DNA of 63,623 nucleotides, filler included, from Octopus bimaculoides (taxonomy: Eukaryota), in assembly GCF_001194135.2 (NCBI RefSeq). It is 7 parts of 7 records of this genome, joined end to end, with 100 filler letters (N's around TTAATTAATTAA, not from the genome) between each part and the next. Parts side by side here need not be neighbours in the genome. Positions count along the whole stretch, not along the records: positions 34,499 to 47,809 come from NC_068991.1; positions 47,910 to 53,606 come from NC_069005.1; 5 more parts are not named here. One strand, 5' to 3'. Shown here one piece after another: positions 37,410 through 49,590 of the stretch. A program made the position numbers and the translations under genes. The notes under the pieces are model-generated. The model was not told the origin of the DNA. It saw nothing but the letters and a program-made list of their open reading frames with translations, and did no database searches. How positions within the stretch are numbered: position 1 is the first letter of the stretch; each line of letters begins with the position of its first letter.

Positions 37410-37570
37410 ACTACTCAGGAAGAGACTATTCTAGAGTACGGTCTGCCTTATCTTCGAAACGTCTAGTTAGAATAGAGGCAGCTGACGAAGGATTAATTCC
37501 AAGTGGCTATCTGTTTTCCTATGTGTTCGTTCCGTTGTCTGTAGCTCATTTTTCTAACGTCCTGTACCCT
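37410..37570 (+). mobile_element. Penelope-like terminal fragment with two degenerate hammerhead motifs
   Basis: acta-CTCAGGA-agaga...tcttc-GAAACGTC-tagt (37410-37467), then CTGACGA-agga ttaa ttcc (37482-37500). The tail ttttctaacgtcctgtaccc resembles 34565-34735 on the minus strand. Confidence 0.45.
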
Positions 37571-37717
37571 GATATGCATCTATATACACATGTAGATGTA
37601 AGTATGTACATATATGTGGGTATACATGCATACATATTCTTTGTATTATTATATGTACATATATATGTATTGTGTGTGTGTGTGTGTATGTATAGAGAGT
37701 CTATACATACATGGCTA

Positions 37718-38056
37718 TAGGCGCAGGAGTGGCTGTGTGGTAAGTAGCTTGCTTACCAACCACATGGTTCCGGGTTCAGTCCCACTGCGTGGCACCTTGG
37801 GCAAGTGTCTTCTACTATAGCCTCGGGCCGACCAAAGCCTTGTGAGTGGATTTGGTAGACGGAAACTGAAAGAAGCCTGTCGTATATATGTATATATATA
37901 TATATGTATGTGTGTATATGTTTGTGTGTCTGTGTTTGTCCCCCCAACTTCGCTTGACAACCGATGCTGGTGTGTTTACGTCCTCGTAAATTAGCGGTTC
38001 GGCAAAAAGAGACCGATAGAATAAGTACTAGGTTTCCAAAGAATAAGTCCTGGGGT
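37718..38056 (+). mobile_element. SINE family A, young copy truncated by a gap
   Basis: Near-consensus head taggcgcaggagtggctgtgtggtaagtagcttgcttaccaaccacatggttccgggttcagtccc. Confidence 0.9.
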
Positions 38057-38271
38057 NNNNNNNNNNNNNNNNNNNNNNNNNNNNNNNNNNNNNNNNNNNN
38101 NNNNNNNNNNNNNNNNNNNNNNNNNNNNNNNNNNNNNNNNNNNNNNNNNNNNNNNNNNNNNNNNNNNNNNNNNNNNNNNNNNNNNNNNNNNNNNNNNNNN
38201 NNNNNNNNNNNNNNNNNNNNNNNNNNNNNNNNNNNNNNNNNNNNNNNNNNNNNNNNNNNNNNNNNNNNNNN

Positions 38272-38302
<31 letters not shown>

Positions 38303-40379
38303 CGGGCTTTTTTCAATTTCCGTCTGCCAAATTCATTCACAAGGTTTTGGTCGGCCCGGGACTATATGAGATGACACTTTGCGAAGGTACCAAGCAATGG
38401 GACTGTACCTAACACCGTTTGGTATGGGAAGCAATCTTCTTAACCAACATCCACGTCTGTGCCTATATAGTAACTATTTAAAAGCAATGCATGAAGGTCA
38501 CAACATCGTACCATGTACGTCTGTTGAATATATACGAATTATTTGGTGGAATCGGTTAACACGTCTCACATTCAGTATCATTAAAAAGGACATTGAAGTT
38601 CGAATTTTTTTTTCTACTCTAGGCACAATGCCTCAGTACGCAACTGGTACTTACTTTATTGACCCCGAAAGGATGAAAGGCAAATTCGACTTCGGCGGAA
38701 TTTGAACTCAGAACATAAAGACAGACGAAAAACCGCTAAGCATTTCGCCCGGCGTGCTAATGTTTCTGCCAGCTCACCGCTTTATTGAAGTTCGAATATT
38801 CTTTTCTACTCTAGGTACAAGGCCCGAAATTTTGGGGGAGGGGGCCATTCGATTAGATCAACACCAGTAGGCAACTGGTACTTAATTTATCGCCGCCTTT
38901 TGAAGTTCGAATATTGCCGACTTCGACAAAACATTTCTTCCTTCGGGATGTCGATCTGCAGTTAAGAAGCTTGCTTAGTAATCCCCTTCTTTCGGGTTCA
39001 GTGTTACTTTGTGGCACTTTGCGCCAGTGTCTTTTACTATCATTCCGGTCCGACCAATGTCTTGTGAATGAATTNNNNNNNNNNNNNNNNNNNNNNNNNN
39101 NNNNNNNNNNNNNNNNNNNNNNNNNNNNNNNNNNNNNNNNNNNNNNNNNNNNNNNNNNNNNNNNNNNNNNNNGTGTGTGTGTGTGTGTGTGTGTGTGTGT
39201 GCCCCTCATAGCCACTTTCTTCACGTCACAAAAACCTAGCGGTTCAGCAACAGAAATTGATATAATATGTACCAAACTTTAAAAATAAGTTCTGAGATTG
39301 ACTGTTTAGACTATCCTACAAAGCAGTGCTTCAGCATGGGCACAGTCCGATGAATGAATCAAGTAAAAGTAGTGGTGGTGGTGGTGGGGGGTATTAGAAG
39401 AAAATAAAAATCGGTCGTCAACTTTTGAAATAAATACAAGAAGAAAAAAACTCTTACAGCAACACCATCAACAACAACCAGCCCAGCCCAGTTTAGCCCA
39501 TGAAAACGCCTTTATATGGTCACACAACTTTCAAAAATACAGCAACTGAATCACCGGCTTTAAAAGAAAAAGTGGACACATTAGATGATACAGCCGTAGG
39601 TGCTGCTATGAGGCAGTGCTGCTATTAGGGGTTGCTTTATGGTCGTTTCGTTTTTGTTGTGTTTTCTTCTCCTTGATTTCGATGGTTGTGGCTGGAAGAG
39701 AGACCTTTGAGTCTCACGACATGAGTTTTATCTAATGTCACCCTTGTACTGCTAGCCTCCACGACTCGTTGTCATTTCTTTTGTTTTTTTGGACTTTCTG
39801 CCCAGAAATCTTTAAGATGGGCTTTACTTCCACATAAGTAGCAGCTAGGTCGCCTATCTTGCATACTGAACTTTACACTCTCTAAAAGACAGTTCTACCA
39901 TTGTTGTGTGGTCTTACGACGTTATGGAGACTTGTATGCCCATGGTGATGCCTCTCGACAATATATCACCAACAGTCACATTTGTGCTTACTTCTTCTCC
40001 ACATTGTGTTACGAAGGTGACTGCTAGTCAGAAAATAACATCATCACCAATGTCTTTGACGGTCAGCCTTATGTTTCTCCAACCAAATACTGCGGAACTA
40101 GCTTATGGGCGATCTATTTAAGCTTGGGTCTTCGCCCCATCCTCTGTTTTAAAAATACATAGTGTCAAAAACTCTGTCTCTCCGAAAGAAAATGATTTCA
40201 CTTGAAATATTTTCGAGGACCGTCTCCAATTCGAGTTTGGATGAGGTCAGACAACCGTTGTGTGGAAGAGAATTCATCAAATTCTTCACTACCCACCCCA
40301 GCTGCAGTCGAAGGGAATTCTAATAATTTGAGCAGCAAAAGCGGTGTAGAAAGAATTTTGAAACCCTAACAAACCAGAT

Positions 40380-40560
40380 ACACTAAGGAGCTATACAAAT
40401 CTCAAATGAGACCTACAGTGAGATATTTGTAACAAGATCTGGGACATTACTACTGTTAACATCAAAGAGCGATTCCAAGATATAGAGCACATGCTCCATT
40501 GCACTTCAAACTTAAGTCCACAAGCGCGATGACTTTTATTAAAATGACCATATCTCATCA
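40380..40560 (+). mobile_element. CR1/L2/Jockey-type LINE RT C-terminal relic
   Basis: LYKSQMRPTVRY resembles LYKSxIRPxLEY. Very decayed. Confidence 0.35.
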
Positions 40561-41127
40561 GAGTAAGCTAAATGAGTGCCAACTACACTTGTATCTCTTC
40601 TCTTCATCACACCTTCTCGCTTTCTCCACAGCAATCACTTTTTTAAAGTTTTCCTTTCCATAGCCTGCATGTCTTGAATTGAGTTATAAATGCGGAAGAT
40701 GATGCTTTCTCTCCACATTATAAGTTTTGGGTTTGGAACATCTCGTTTTTATTCCAACAAATTCCGATGTTTTACACTTTCGTTTCCGCTTGATCACGTA
40801 AAGATATTAGCTTTAAAGTTCAATAATTTTAGAGTAAGTAATACTGAAAAAACAAAAAACAAAAAACGACAGCTCACAGAGAATTTAATTAAAATTCGCT
40901 GGTTTAAACAGTGACACAGCTAAAGTGTGAACCACTCGGGGTAACTCTTGAGTTTGAGCGCCCCCTGCGGATCCCAAGTTTATACAGCAGACTCGCCCGT
41001 AGTGGACCGCCCATCACTCCTCCCCGTCTACCTTATGGGGTTCAGATTGGTATCAAAGTTTGCCAGCACCGTAAATTTTTGGTTTATCCTATTTGTGCTG
41101 CTCAAGCACAAGCTCACTTGTCACAGA

Positions 41128-41370
41128 AGATGCCCTAATACACCATTTTGAGCGTGGCCGTTGCCAGTACCACCTGACTGGCCTTCGTGTTGGTGGAACG
41201 TAAAAGCACCCACTACACTCTCGGAGTGGTTGGCGTTAGGAAGGGCATCCAGCTGTAGAAACTCTGCCAAATCAGATTGGAGCCTGGTGTAGCCATCCGG
41301 CTTCACCAGTCCTCAGTCAAATCGTCCAACCCATGCTAGCATGGAAAGCGGACGTTAAACGATGATGATG
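41128..41370 (+). mobile_element. SINE family D with RTE-type tail (ggacgttaaacgatgatgatg)
   Basis: Central gtggttggcgttaggaagggcatccagctgtagaaact. Other copies at 30645-30840(-) and 31303-31410(-). Confidence 0.8.
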
Positions 41371-42007
41371 AACTGGAAATCTAAGCCAGCTACAAAATAA
41401 AAGTGAGTTAAGTCACTTCATCTTTGCTATTTATGGATATGGCCGCTGTTTGTAACAGGTCGAGNNNNNNNNNNTGTGAGTTAAGTACCAAGCGAGAATC
41501 TACTGGTAGAATATAAAATATCCGTTCCTGTGACTTGAGAACACTTTTCACCATCTCAAACAACGACCGCGAAAATGTAGCAGCCAAATCTCTCTCGACT
41601 CAGGAAAGGGAAAAAAGAGTGGGGCGGCAGCCTGAAAGTTAGGGAACCACTACTCTATACAAACAGGATTTTAGATGATACTCAGAGCAAAACACAAGAG
41701 GTGACAATAAAAAAAAAAAAAAGAAAAAGGAAAATCGCAGCCAACTGATAGCCTGTATCATAGGAAACTGCTTAGAAATAAGTTGTAGACGCAAGTGAAT
41801 GTCTCCCATTGTGAAGACATAAGTTTTCATCGTAAAACTTCGTATTAGCCAACAGGCTTCCAGTTTCTGTTTACCAAATTCCATAAACAAGGGCACGTAT
41901 TCGGAAGGCCATGCAATGAGAGCGAACACTAAACCGTGTTGTTTTGAATAACATTCTTCAGCAATAACATCGCTACAACAAACCAAACAAGCTCGGTATG
42001 TAGAACA

Positions 42008-42255
42008 TAGGCGCAGACGTGGCTGTGTGGTAAGAAGTTTGCTTCCCAATCACATGGTTCCGTGTTCGGTCCCACTGCATGGAACCTTGAGCAGGTGTCT
42101 TCTACTTATAGCTTCAAGCCGACCAAAGGCCTGTGGATTTGGTAGATGGAAATTGAAAGCTCAGTGGACACACGTGTGTGTGTGTTTACCCCACCACAGC
42201 GTGATAACCGGTGTTGGTGTGTTTACATCATGGTAAGTTAGCAGTTCGACGAACC
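42008..42255 (+). mobile_element. SINE family A, partial copy
   Basis: Head plus start of the right arm. Confidence 0.75.
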
Positions 42256-42471
42256 TCGTTTGGAAAGCTACAGCCATTTTCTCTTGCCAAAACGTACACA
42301 TTTCTATGGAAATTCCATTCACAGAATATCTTAACCAGAAGCCACGGATGTAGATTTTCCAGTGTATGTAGAGCCAAACTAGCAGAAAATTACTTTCACC
42401 TTTCATGCCAGTCAAGAAATGAGATTCCTAAAGCCTCGGTGTGTGTATATGTATGTATATATATATATGTT

Positions 42472-42821
42472 GTTGTTGGCACTCCATCGAGGGTTCCAGT
42501 TGATTCGATCAACGGAACAAGCCTGCTCGTGAAATTAATGTGCAAGTGGCTGAGCACTCCACAGACACGTGTACCCTGAACGTAGTTGTCGGGGATATTG
42601 AGCATGACAAGGCTGACCCTTTGAAATATAGGTACAACAGAAACAGGAAATAAGAGTGAGAGAAAATTGTGGTGGAAGAGTACAGCAGGGTTCGCCACCA
42701 TCCCCTGCCGGAGTCTCATGGAGCTTTTAGGTGTTTTCGCTCAATAAACACTCACAAGGCCCAGTCTGGGAATCGAAACCGCGAGTCTGCTGCCCTAACC
42801 ACTGGGCCATTGCGCCTCCAC
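42472..42821 (-). mobile_element. SINE family C, second copy
   Basis: Colinear with 26098-26483, with small deletions. Confidence 0.9.
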
Positions 42822-43340
42822 GTGTATGTATATACGTATATATATATATATAAAAATATGTGTGAGAGAGAGCTTCCAGTTTCAGTAAAGTTCAATTCTT
42901 GATGTTTTCACCTGTTTCCTTCAAGATGGGATTAATAATAACAGTATGATTTCTCCCTGCTATCTCCACCTGCAGCAGAATGCACCCGAATTTACCGCCA
43001 TAACATTTGATCTTTAGCATCTTGACACTTCCAAACCACTCAGAGTACTTTATTACTGACGACAGGTAATTGGTAGTAATATGATTGTCTTCGATCTTCT
43101 ATTCTGGTTATGTTCTTCCAGTAGTTTAATCCAGGCTAGAATGTGTTAACTGAACATCTGTTGCACTTGTCATGTAGTTTAGTTGAGCACAGTACTTGGT
43201 CTGGACCTTATTCTTATTAATTCAAGATGGGTGAAAGATATAAGATTATACCGAATTTGATGCCATATTGAATGCACTTAGTTTCAGCAGTGAATGTGCT
43301 TTAATGCATTGAAGCTTATACGGGGTCCAAGTATGGACTA

Positions 43341-43378
<38 letters not shown>

Positions 43379-45625
43379 TCTGATATATCAAATTCGGTAC
43401 TTTGGCAAAAGGCTGGGCTTTTTTGCCAGCTATTGTTTTTAACATTATCAAAAACAGAAGACATGAATAAAATCTGGAATTTTTTATTTTTTTAATAAAA
43501 TACAATTCTTTGTGCACTCACACTTCCACACACCTATTTCAGTATGATAAACCAATCACTCAATATATACACTCACTCGCATTTAATGTGTATCTGAATA
43601 TATTTACAATGCAAATTAGTGGATAACTTAATAACTCCAAGAGATTCATCACCAAAATCCAAGGGAGGTCTTGCTCCCAGGACCTTTTAGATATACATTT
43701 GTTTGTTGCAGTGGTGGCCCCCATCCCACCCTAGCATTTACCCAGTTCAATTACATTCAGGAGACAGGATTAAGGACTAACCTAATGATGCAGGGTAAGG
43801 GAAGGGCTAACAACACTTACTACCACCATCACAACAAATCAGGTGGCCAGAAAGATGCTGGATTAATTAAATTCCCTTATGATAGGTAAGCTACCTTAGG
43901 AGTATATAGGAATGTTGGGGAGGGGTAGAGGGTAATGAAGGGGGCTCACAAATGACTGAGAAATAAAAATTTTATACAATGGAAATTTTGACAAAGAGGA
44001 ATTATGGAACAAAATCATTGCAGCAAAGATAATGGAATACTGTACGAAGTTATGATGGATAACCTTGCCACAATAATTTGTAGTGTCTGTGTAAAGAAAT
44101 ATATATATATATATATATCTATTGTAAAGGATAAAAAATTCTTTTGGCGTGAAATGAGGAAAATGTGCGTGCACAGATTTGATATATAAAGCTATCACTA
44201 AGGTTTTAATCTAATAACTTTAATAAGCTTTCATTAAAATCTTTTGGTGCCTATACAGCCAAAAGCAGACAGACATCTAATCTTGGCCCTCTTATGCTTG
44301 TTGACCCAGCAGAATAACTGGGCTGTGAATATATATATATATATATATATAACACACACATATATCATATCAGTCTATTAAATGTGTCTTTTGAAGTATG
44401 TATTTGCATATTGTCCATTGTTCTCAAGAATTAGACTAGATTATGGTGAAGGATGAGAGAGGAATTCCGAATCAAATGAGATTTATATCATAAAATCTGT
44501 GTTGATAGAATTTAATCTACAAATGGTAAGTACTCTGCCCCGTGATTGTTTTAGTTCCACATGCCATATTATAAGGTACCAAATAGAAGTGGCTAAGAGG
44601 TGATGAAGAGGGAAGTTGCTTATATATATATATATATTTTTTTTTTTTTCAATATAAATTAGAAAAGTTTTTCAAAAATATCTTTATTTATAAAACTAAA
44701 TATTTTTCATCAAATAACCCCCACCCTCTTACACNNNNNNNNNNNNNNNNNNNNNNNNNNNNNNNNNNNNNNNNNNNNNNNNNNNNNNNNNNNNNNNNNN
44801 NNNNNNNNNNNNNNNNNNNNNNNNNNNNNNNNNNNNNNNNNNNNNNNNNNNNNNNNNNNNNNNNNNNNNNNNNNNNNNNNNNNNNNNNNNNNNNNNNNNN
44901 NNNNNNNNNNNNNNNNNNNNNNNNNNNNNNNNNNNNNNNNNNNNNNNNNNNNNNNNNNNNNNNNNNNNNNNNNNNNNNNNNNNNNNNNNNNNNNNNNNNN
45001 NNNNNNNNNNNNNNNNNNNNNNNNNNNNNNNNNNNNNNNNNNNNNNNNNNNNNNNNNNNNNNNNNNNNNNNNNNNNNNNNNNNNNNNNNNNNNNNNNNNN
45101 NNNNNNNNNNNNNNNNNNNNNNNNNNNNNNNNNNNNNNNNNNNNNNNNNNNNNNNNNNNNNNNNNNNNNNNNNNNNNNNNNNNNNNNNNNNNNNNNNNNN
45201 NNNNNNNNNNNNNNNNNNNNNAAAAAAAAAAAAAAAAAAAAGCTTCGCTTTTAGTCTTAAATACATTTTCATAAAAAAAAGTACTGGTTGAATTCAACCT
45301 AATGGGTTTCATAATTTCTTTCACTGATAGCCTTGGAGAGCCCCATCTCCAAGGGCCAGTATGTGTTTCACTTTTGGCAAGCAAATCTGGCCTGGATTAC
45401 GATTATCATCACTGCCCATGTTGCTGCGTTGTTAGAGGTCAGGGCCAACCCAAACCGGGAGCTATTCCACTGGACAGCTCATATTTATGTACACAATGAA
45501 CTCATTTTGAACAGAATGAACGACACCACTGCACACTCGGACGTGGCTTTGATTTTTTTCTTTTAAATAATTAAAAAGTTCATGTTTTCTTGCTTTTAAA
45601 AAAATCCTAATGTGGTTTGAATCAT

Positions 45626-45813
45626 TCATATATTCCGGGCCTCTGCCATACAGCTAGCTGCAGCAGCTATTGATGGGGGATGATCAAGATTCATCTGCTT
45701 AAAATCAATTGGTGCGGAGATATCTTTCATCCATTTGTGATTTAGAATATCTTTCAGGCTGGGTCTATCAGACGGACGGACAGACAAACATTTGCGAATC
45801 AAATCTTTAACAT
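45626..45813 (-). CDS. PIM: PIM kinase terminal coding exon
   Basis: Acceptor tttctttccag| then (D)VKDLIRKCLSVRPSDRPSLKDILNHKWMKDISAPIDFKQMNLDHPPSIAAAASCMAEARNI*, which is kinase subdomain XI. TGA at 45628-45626. Hand-translated; absent from the ORF track. Confidence 0.9.
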
Positions 45814-46166
45814 CTGGAAAGAAAAAAAGAAAACAAAATATTAATTGCCATCATAGGTAAAAAAATATTGATACATCGTACAAGTGTTAACGATATTGAA
45901 TATTCTAAGCGAGACTCACTTGATATTGTAAGGATATGTAAAATTACACAACTCGTTATAGTAAGCCAAGAGCTGGTCTTAGATTACACAGATTAAAGAG
46001 TAATTTTATGAAAAGCAGGTCTTAAATTTTAGCTTCTAAAAATAAGGCGAATTGAATGAAACAATATCGTGTGGTATGGTCGTTTTTGAACGAAATCTAG
46101 ATTTTAAAGGAAACTTACGAATTTTAGATGCGTATCACTTAAATATCGTTTGAAATGTGTCCTTAC

Positions 46167-46343
46167 CTTTGGATAAATTATCTTTAAATTGAAGTTCAGC
46201 TTTCACGATTTGGTCATCACGTTCAAATGGAATATCACCACATACCATGTCAAAGAGTAAGATACCAAGAGACCAGACGGTGGCTGTGCGTCCGTAGTAG
46301 CTATGGCTCTGAATCCATTCTGGTGGACTGTACACTCGTGTAC
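46167..46343 (-). CDS. PIM: PIM kinase coding exon ([10 protein letters not shown]...FKDNLSK), 177 nt, phase 1 to phase 1
   Basis: [59 protein letters not shown]. Acceptor tttatag| and donor |gtaagg. Frame is continuous with both neighbouring exons. Confidence 0.95.
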
Positions 46344-47012
46344 CTATAAAGATAAAAATAATCGAAAACATTGGAATCGTCAGATATTTATAAAGTCTGG
46401 CTTTTGTTTTAAGACGTTCATCCTTTCTCACACACAATTCCCATTATAAGTAGCGTTTAATTTGAAGGATATTTTTGTTACTCTAGAAATTAAAACTAGA
46501 TGGCGAATATTCTGATGAACTGATGATGCTTGCTAAAAATGGTCTAATAGTTAAAAAAAATTTTTTTAAATCAAACCAGTGAAATTTGAACTCCGTAAAC
46601 CTAAGTACTGATTCCAAAACATGAGACAGTAGCATAGCACTATTGGATATACACCAAGCAGTGAAATACAGAGCAACAATTAGTGCGCCAAGACCTAGAA
46701 TGAGCCTAGATTGGTGTATCACAGCTCGCTTCTCCAAACGAATTCGTGATTGCGCAGTAAATGTCAATGAAGTGGACTGATTAATAGATTTCTCAAGCAC
46801 TATATAGGATGGTTACAACTCCTGACTGTCCACATATACTACTATAAAAGGTCATCGCGAAGAAACAAGTATTCAACCACTCTACTTTCGAATAGCATGG
46901 TATCCCATTGTCCAAATAAGCAAAGATAGGAACCTTCGATCATAAGTGTTACACGTCCAGAAGCAATCTGAGGCTAACCACACATTCCAACCACAAAATA
47001 ACTGATGCTTAC

Positions 47013-47424
47013 CATCAAAGTCCATGTAGACAGAATCCTTAAGGAGAGCACCAGATCCAAAATCGATAAGCTTAAGCATTCCAGTCTTCAAATCGACCAA
47101 AATGTTCTCGTCCTTGATGTCGCGATGCACAACGCCAGCCTCGTGAATGTTCATCACAGTATGTACGATTTGAGTGAAAAAACGACGGCTAACATCCTCG
47201 TTCAATGGTCCTTTAGAAGTGATGTAGTCGAAGAGATCCATAACTGGGTCCGGACGTTCCATGACAATGATAAAGCAATTGTTTGTAAGGAACCAATCCA
47301 ACATGCGAACAACGCCTGGAATGCCAACAACTTTCTTCAACATAACAATCTCCAGCGTTACAGGAACACCATTCAGTTGAGCCCAGTCAATCACCTTTCT
47401 TCTTTGAATTACTTTGATAGCAAC
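47013..47424 (-). CDS. PIM: PIM-family Ser/Thr kinase, internal coding exon (beta3 VAIK to DFG/activation loop), 412 nt, phase 0 to phase 1
   Basis: Translation [32 protein letters not shown]...[13 protein letters not shown]...[38 protein letters not shown](G). It has the PIM-specific proline hinge ERPxPxxDLFD. Acceptor ttttacaatag| at 47425 and donor |gtaagc at 47012. PIM1/2/3 paralog names are vertebrate-specific, so no number is given. Confidence 0.95.
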
Positions 47425-47933
47425 CTATTGTAAAAATTAAAAAATTATAAACATCATATAATTAACACGATCTACAAATTCAAATATATTAAGAAAAAAA
47501 AATACAATGTAGTTTACAAGACGAATCCCATAAAAATTAACTCGTTCTGGGAAGATGGAGTCTAAATTTACCAAATTTACTAACAACCAACCCAAACTCC
47601 ATAAAACAAATGGTAAAACCAGATGTCTACGGATAGTAAACTATAGAACTACAAATCTCAGAAGGGAGGAAAAATAAAACCCCTTAACTGTTCTCGGATC
47701 TAAGAATCGAACGTAAATTTTCTTCGGTTAAAAAAGCTTATCTAATAAAAGTTAACATTTGTCTTTCTTTTTAACCCCATTATATATATTTATATATATA
47801 TATATATATNNNNNNNNNNNNNNNNNNNNNNNNNNNNNNNNNNNNNNNNNNNNTTAATTAATTAANNNNNNNNNNNNNNNNNNNNNNNNNNNNNNNNNNN
47901 NNNNNNNNNATATACAAAAAGTCAAGAGGTTAC

Positions 47934-48015
47934 CTGTCTGTACTCGCGATTATACGGGCGCCTAATGCAATTAGCGAAAGTATTATACATACTGATCACT
48001 AACTCATATCCGGTC

Positions 48016-48070
<55 letters not shown>

Positions 48071-48095
48071 CAGCAGCAGCAGCAGCAGCAGCAGT
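47934..48095 (-). CDS. Candidate upstream PIM exon (unproven)
   Basis: Open frame NTAAAAAAAATTT...TGYELVISMYNTFANCIRRPYNREYRQ ends in a phase-0 donor cag|gtaacc compatible with the VAIK exon. It has no GxGxxG and lies across an artificial spacer. Confidence 0.2.
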
Positions 48096-48269
48096 ATTTC
48101 TATTATTGAATTAAAGGAATAGGACCTCGGTCGATTTCGACGATGAGTATACAGGTATTCGATCTACTTAACTACCTACCTGCCTACATACCTCCTTGGA
48201 TTTGTATGCTAGTCTCTGAGTGTTCCTCAGACTCCCTAAATAAAATCCCCCGATGGAATCAGGTTGGCA

Positions 48270-48328
<59 letters not shown>

Positions 48329-48960
48329 TGCTTGAGTGTGTGAGTGTGTGTGTGTGTGTAAGTTACAATGCCCGCTAAACGGATTTCAACATGATCTAAT
48401 TTCGTCCCCTAAACTTCCGCCAGCCATGTTATGAATTTAAATTGCACCCCTTTATTTCTATATTTCTTTATTTATTATATATTTCCTTTTCCTCTATTTC
48501 ATGGATACGTATTTTAAAATAACCATCTATATATCATACACAACGCATAAACACTATTAATAGGTCAATTTCTGCAATATTTGTCCTGAAACAACAGTTC
48601 TAGTGGACTTGCTGTATTAAAATCACAATAAATATCAGAGAACTGATCTCTGCTGGTACGAATGTTCAGCTCTCTATGATATTTATTGAGTTTTTAACAC
48701 AAGTTCGCAACAGATGTCATGTCAGGAAAATGCTGCTTTGTTTCGGACTCAGGGAAGCCGTAATGTTCTTTCAAAATCCAGGGGATTGTGAAGTTGTAGG
48801 AGTTGGCCCAGGTGATAATTACAGGCGCTATCCTCTCCCTTGTTCACGTATTCCAGGCCATGTTATACTGACTGTTCATACACACACCAACCATCCAGCA
48901 CATTTAATATTTTTGAGTACCAGTGATACATTGGGGTTTGCTGCAATGAACTTCATGATT

Positions 48961-49590
48961 TACTTTACTCTTTTACTCTTTTACTTGTTTCAGTCATTTG
49001 ACTGCGGCCATGCTGGAGCACCGCCTTTAGTCGACCAAATCGACCCCAGAACTTATTCTTTGGAAGCCTAGTACTTATTCTATCGGTCTTTTTTGCCGAA
49101 CCGCTAAGTGACGGGGACGTAAACACACCACCATCGGTTGTCAAACGATTTTGGGGTGACAAACACAGACATAAAACCATACACACACANNNNNNNNNNN
49201 NNNNNNNNNNNNNNNNNNNNNNNNNNNNNNNNNNNNNNNNNNNNNNNNNNNNNNNNNNNNNNNNNNNNNNNNNNNNNNNNNNNNNNNNNNNNNNNNNNNN
49301 NNNNNNNNNNNNNNNNNNNNNNNNNNNNNNNNNNNNNNNNNNNNNNNNNNNNNNNNNNNNNNNNNNNNNNNNNNNNNNNNNNNNNNNNNNNNNNNNNNNN
49401 NNNNNNNNNNNNNNNNNNNNNNNATATATATGCGACAGGCTTCTTTCAGTTTCCGTCTACCGAATCCACTCACAAGGCTTTGGTCGGCCCGATGCTATAG
49501 TAGAAGACACTTGCCCAAGGTGCCATGCAGTGGGAATGATCCCGAAACCATGTGGTTGGTAAGCAAGCTACTTACCACACAGCCACTCCT
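48961..49590 (-). mobile_element. SINE family A, full copy with a gap in the microsatellite
   Basis: Right arm at 48961-49180 and left arm at 49435-49590. Confidence 0.9.

Noticed and set aside
48570-48960. Possible decayed kinase pseudo-exon upstream of PIM (minus strand: IMKFI..., LEY, YHRELN, CDFN)
   Set aside because: The motifs lie in different frames and fit a decayed RTE-type LINE C-terminus about as well; not assignable without a search.
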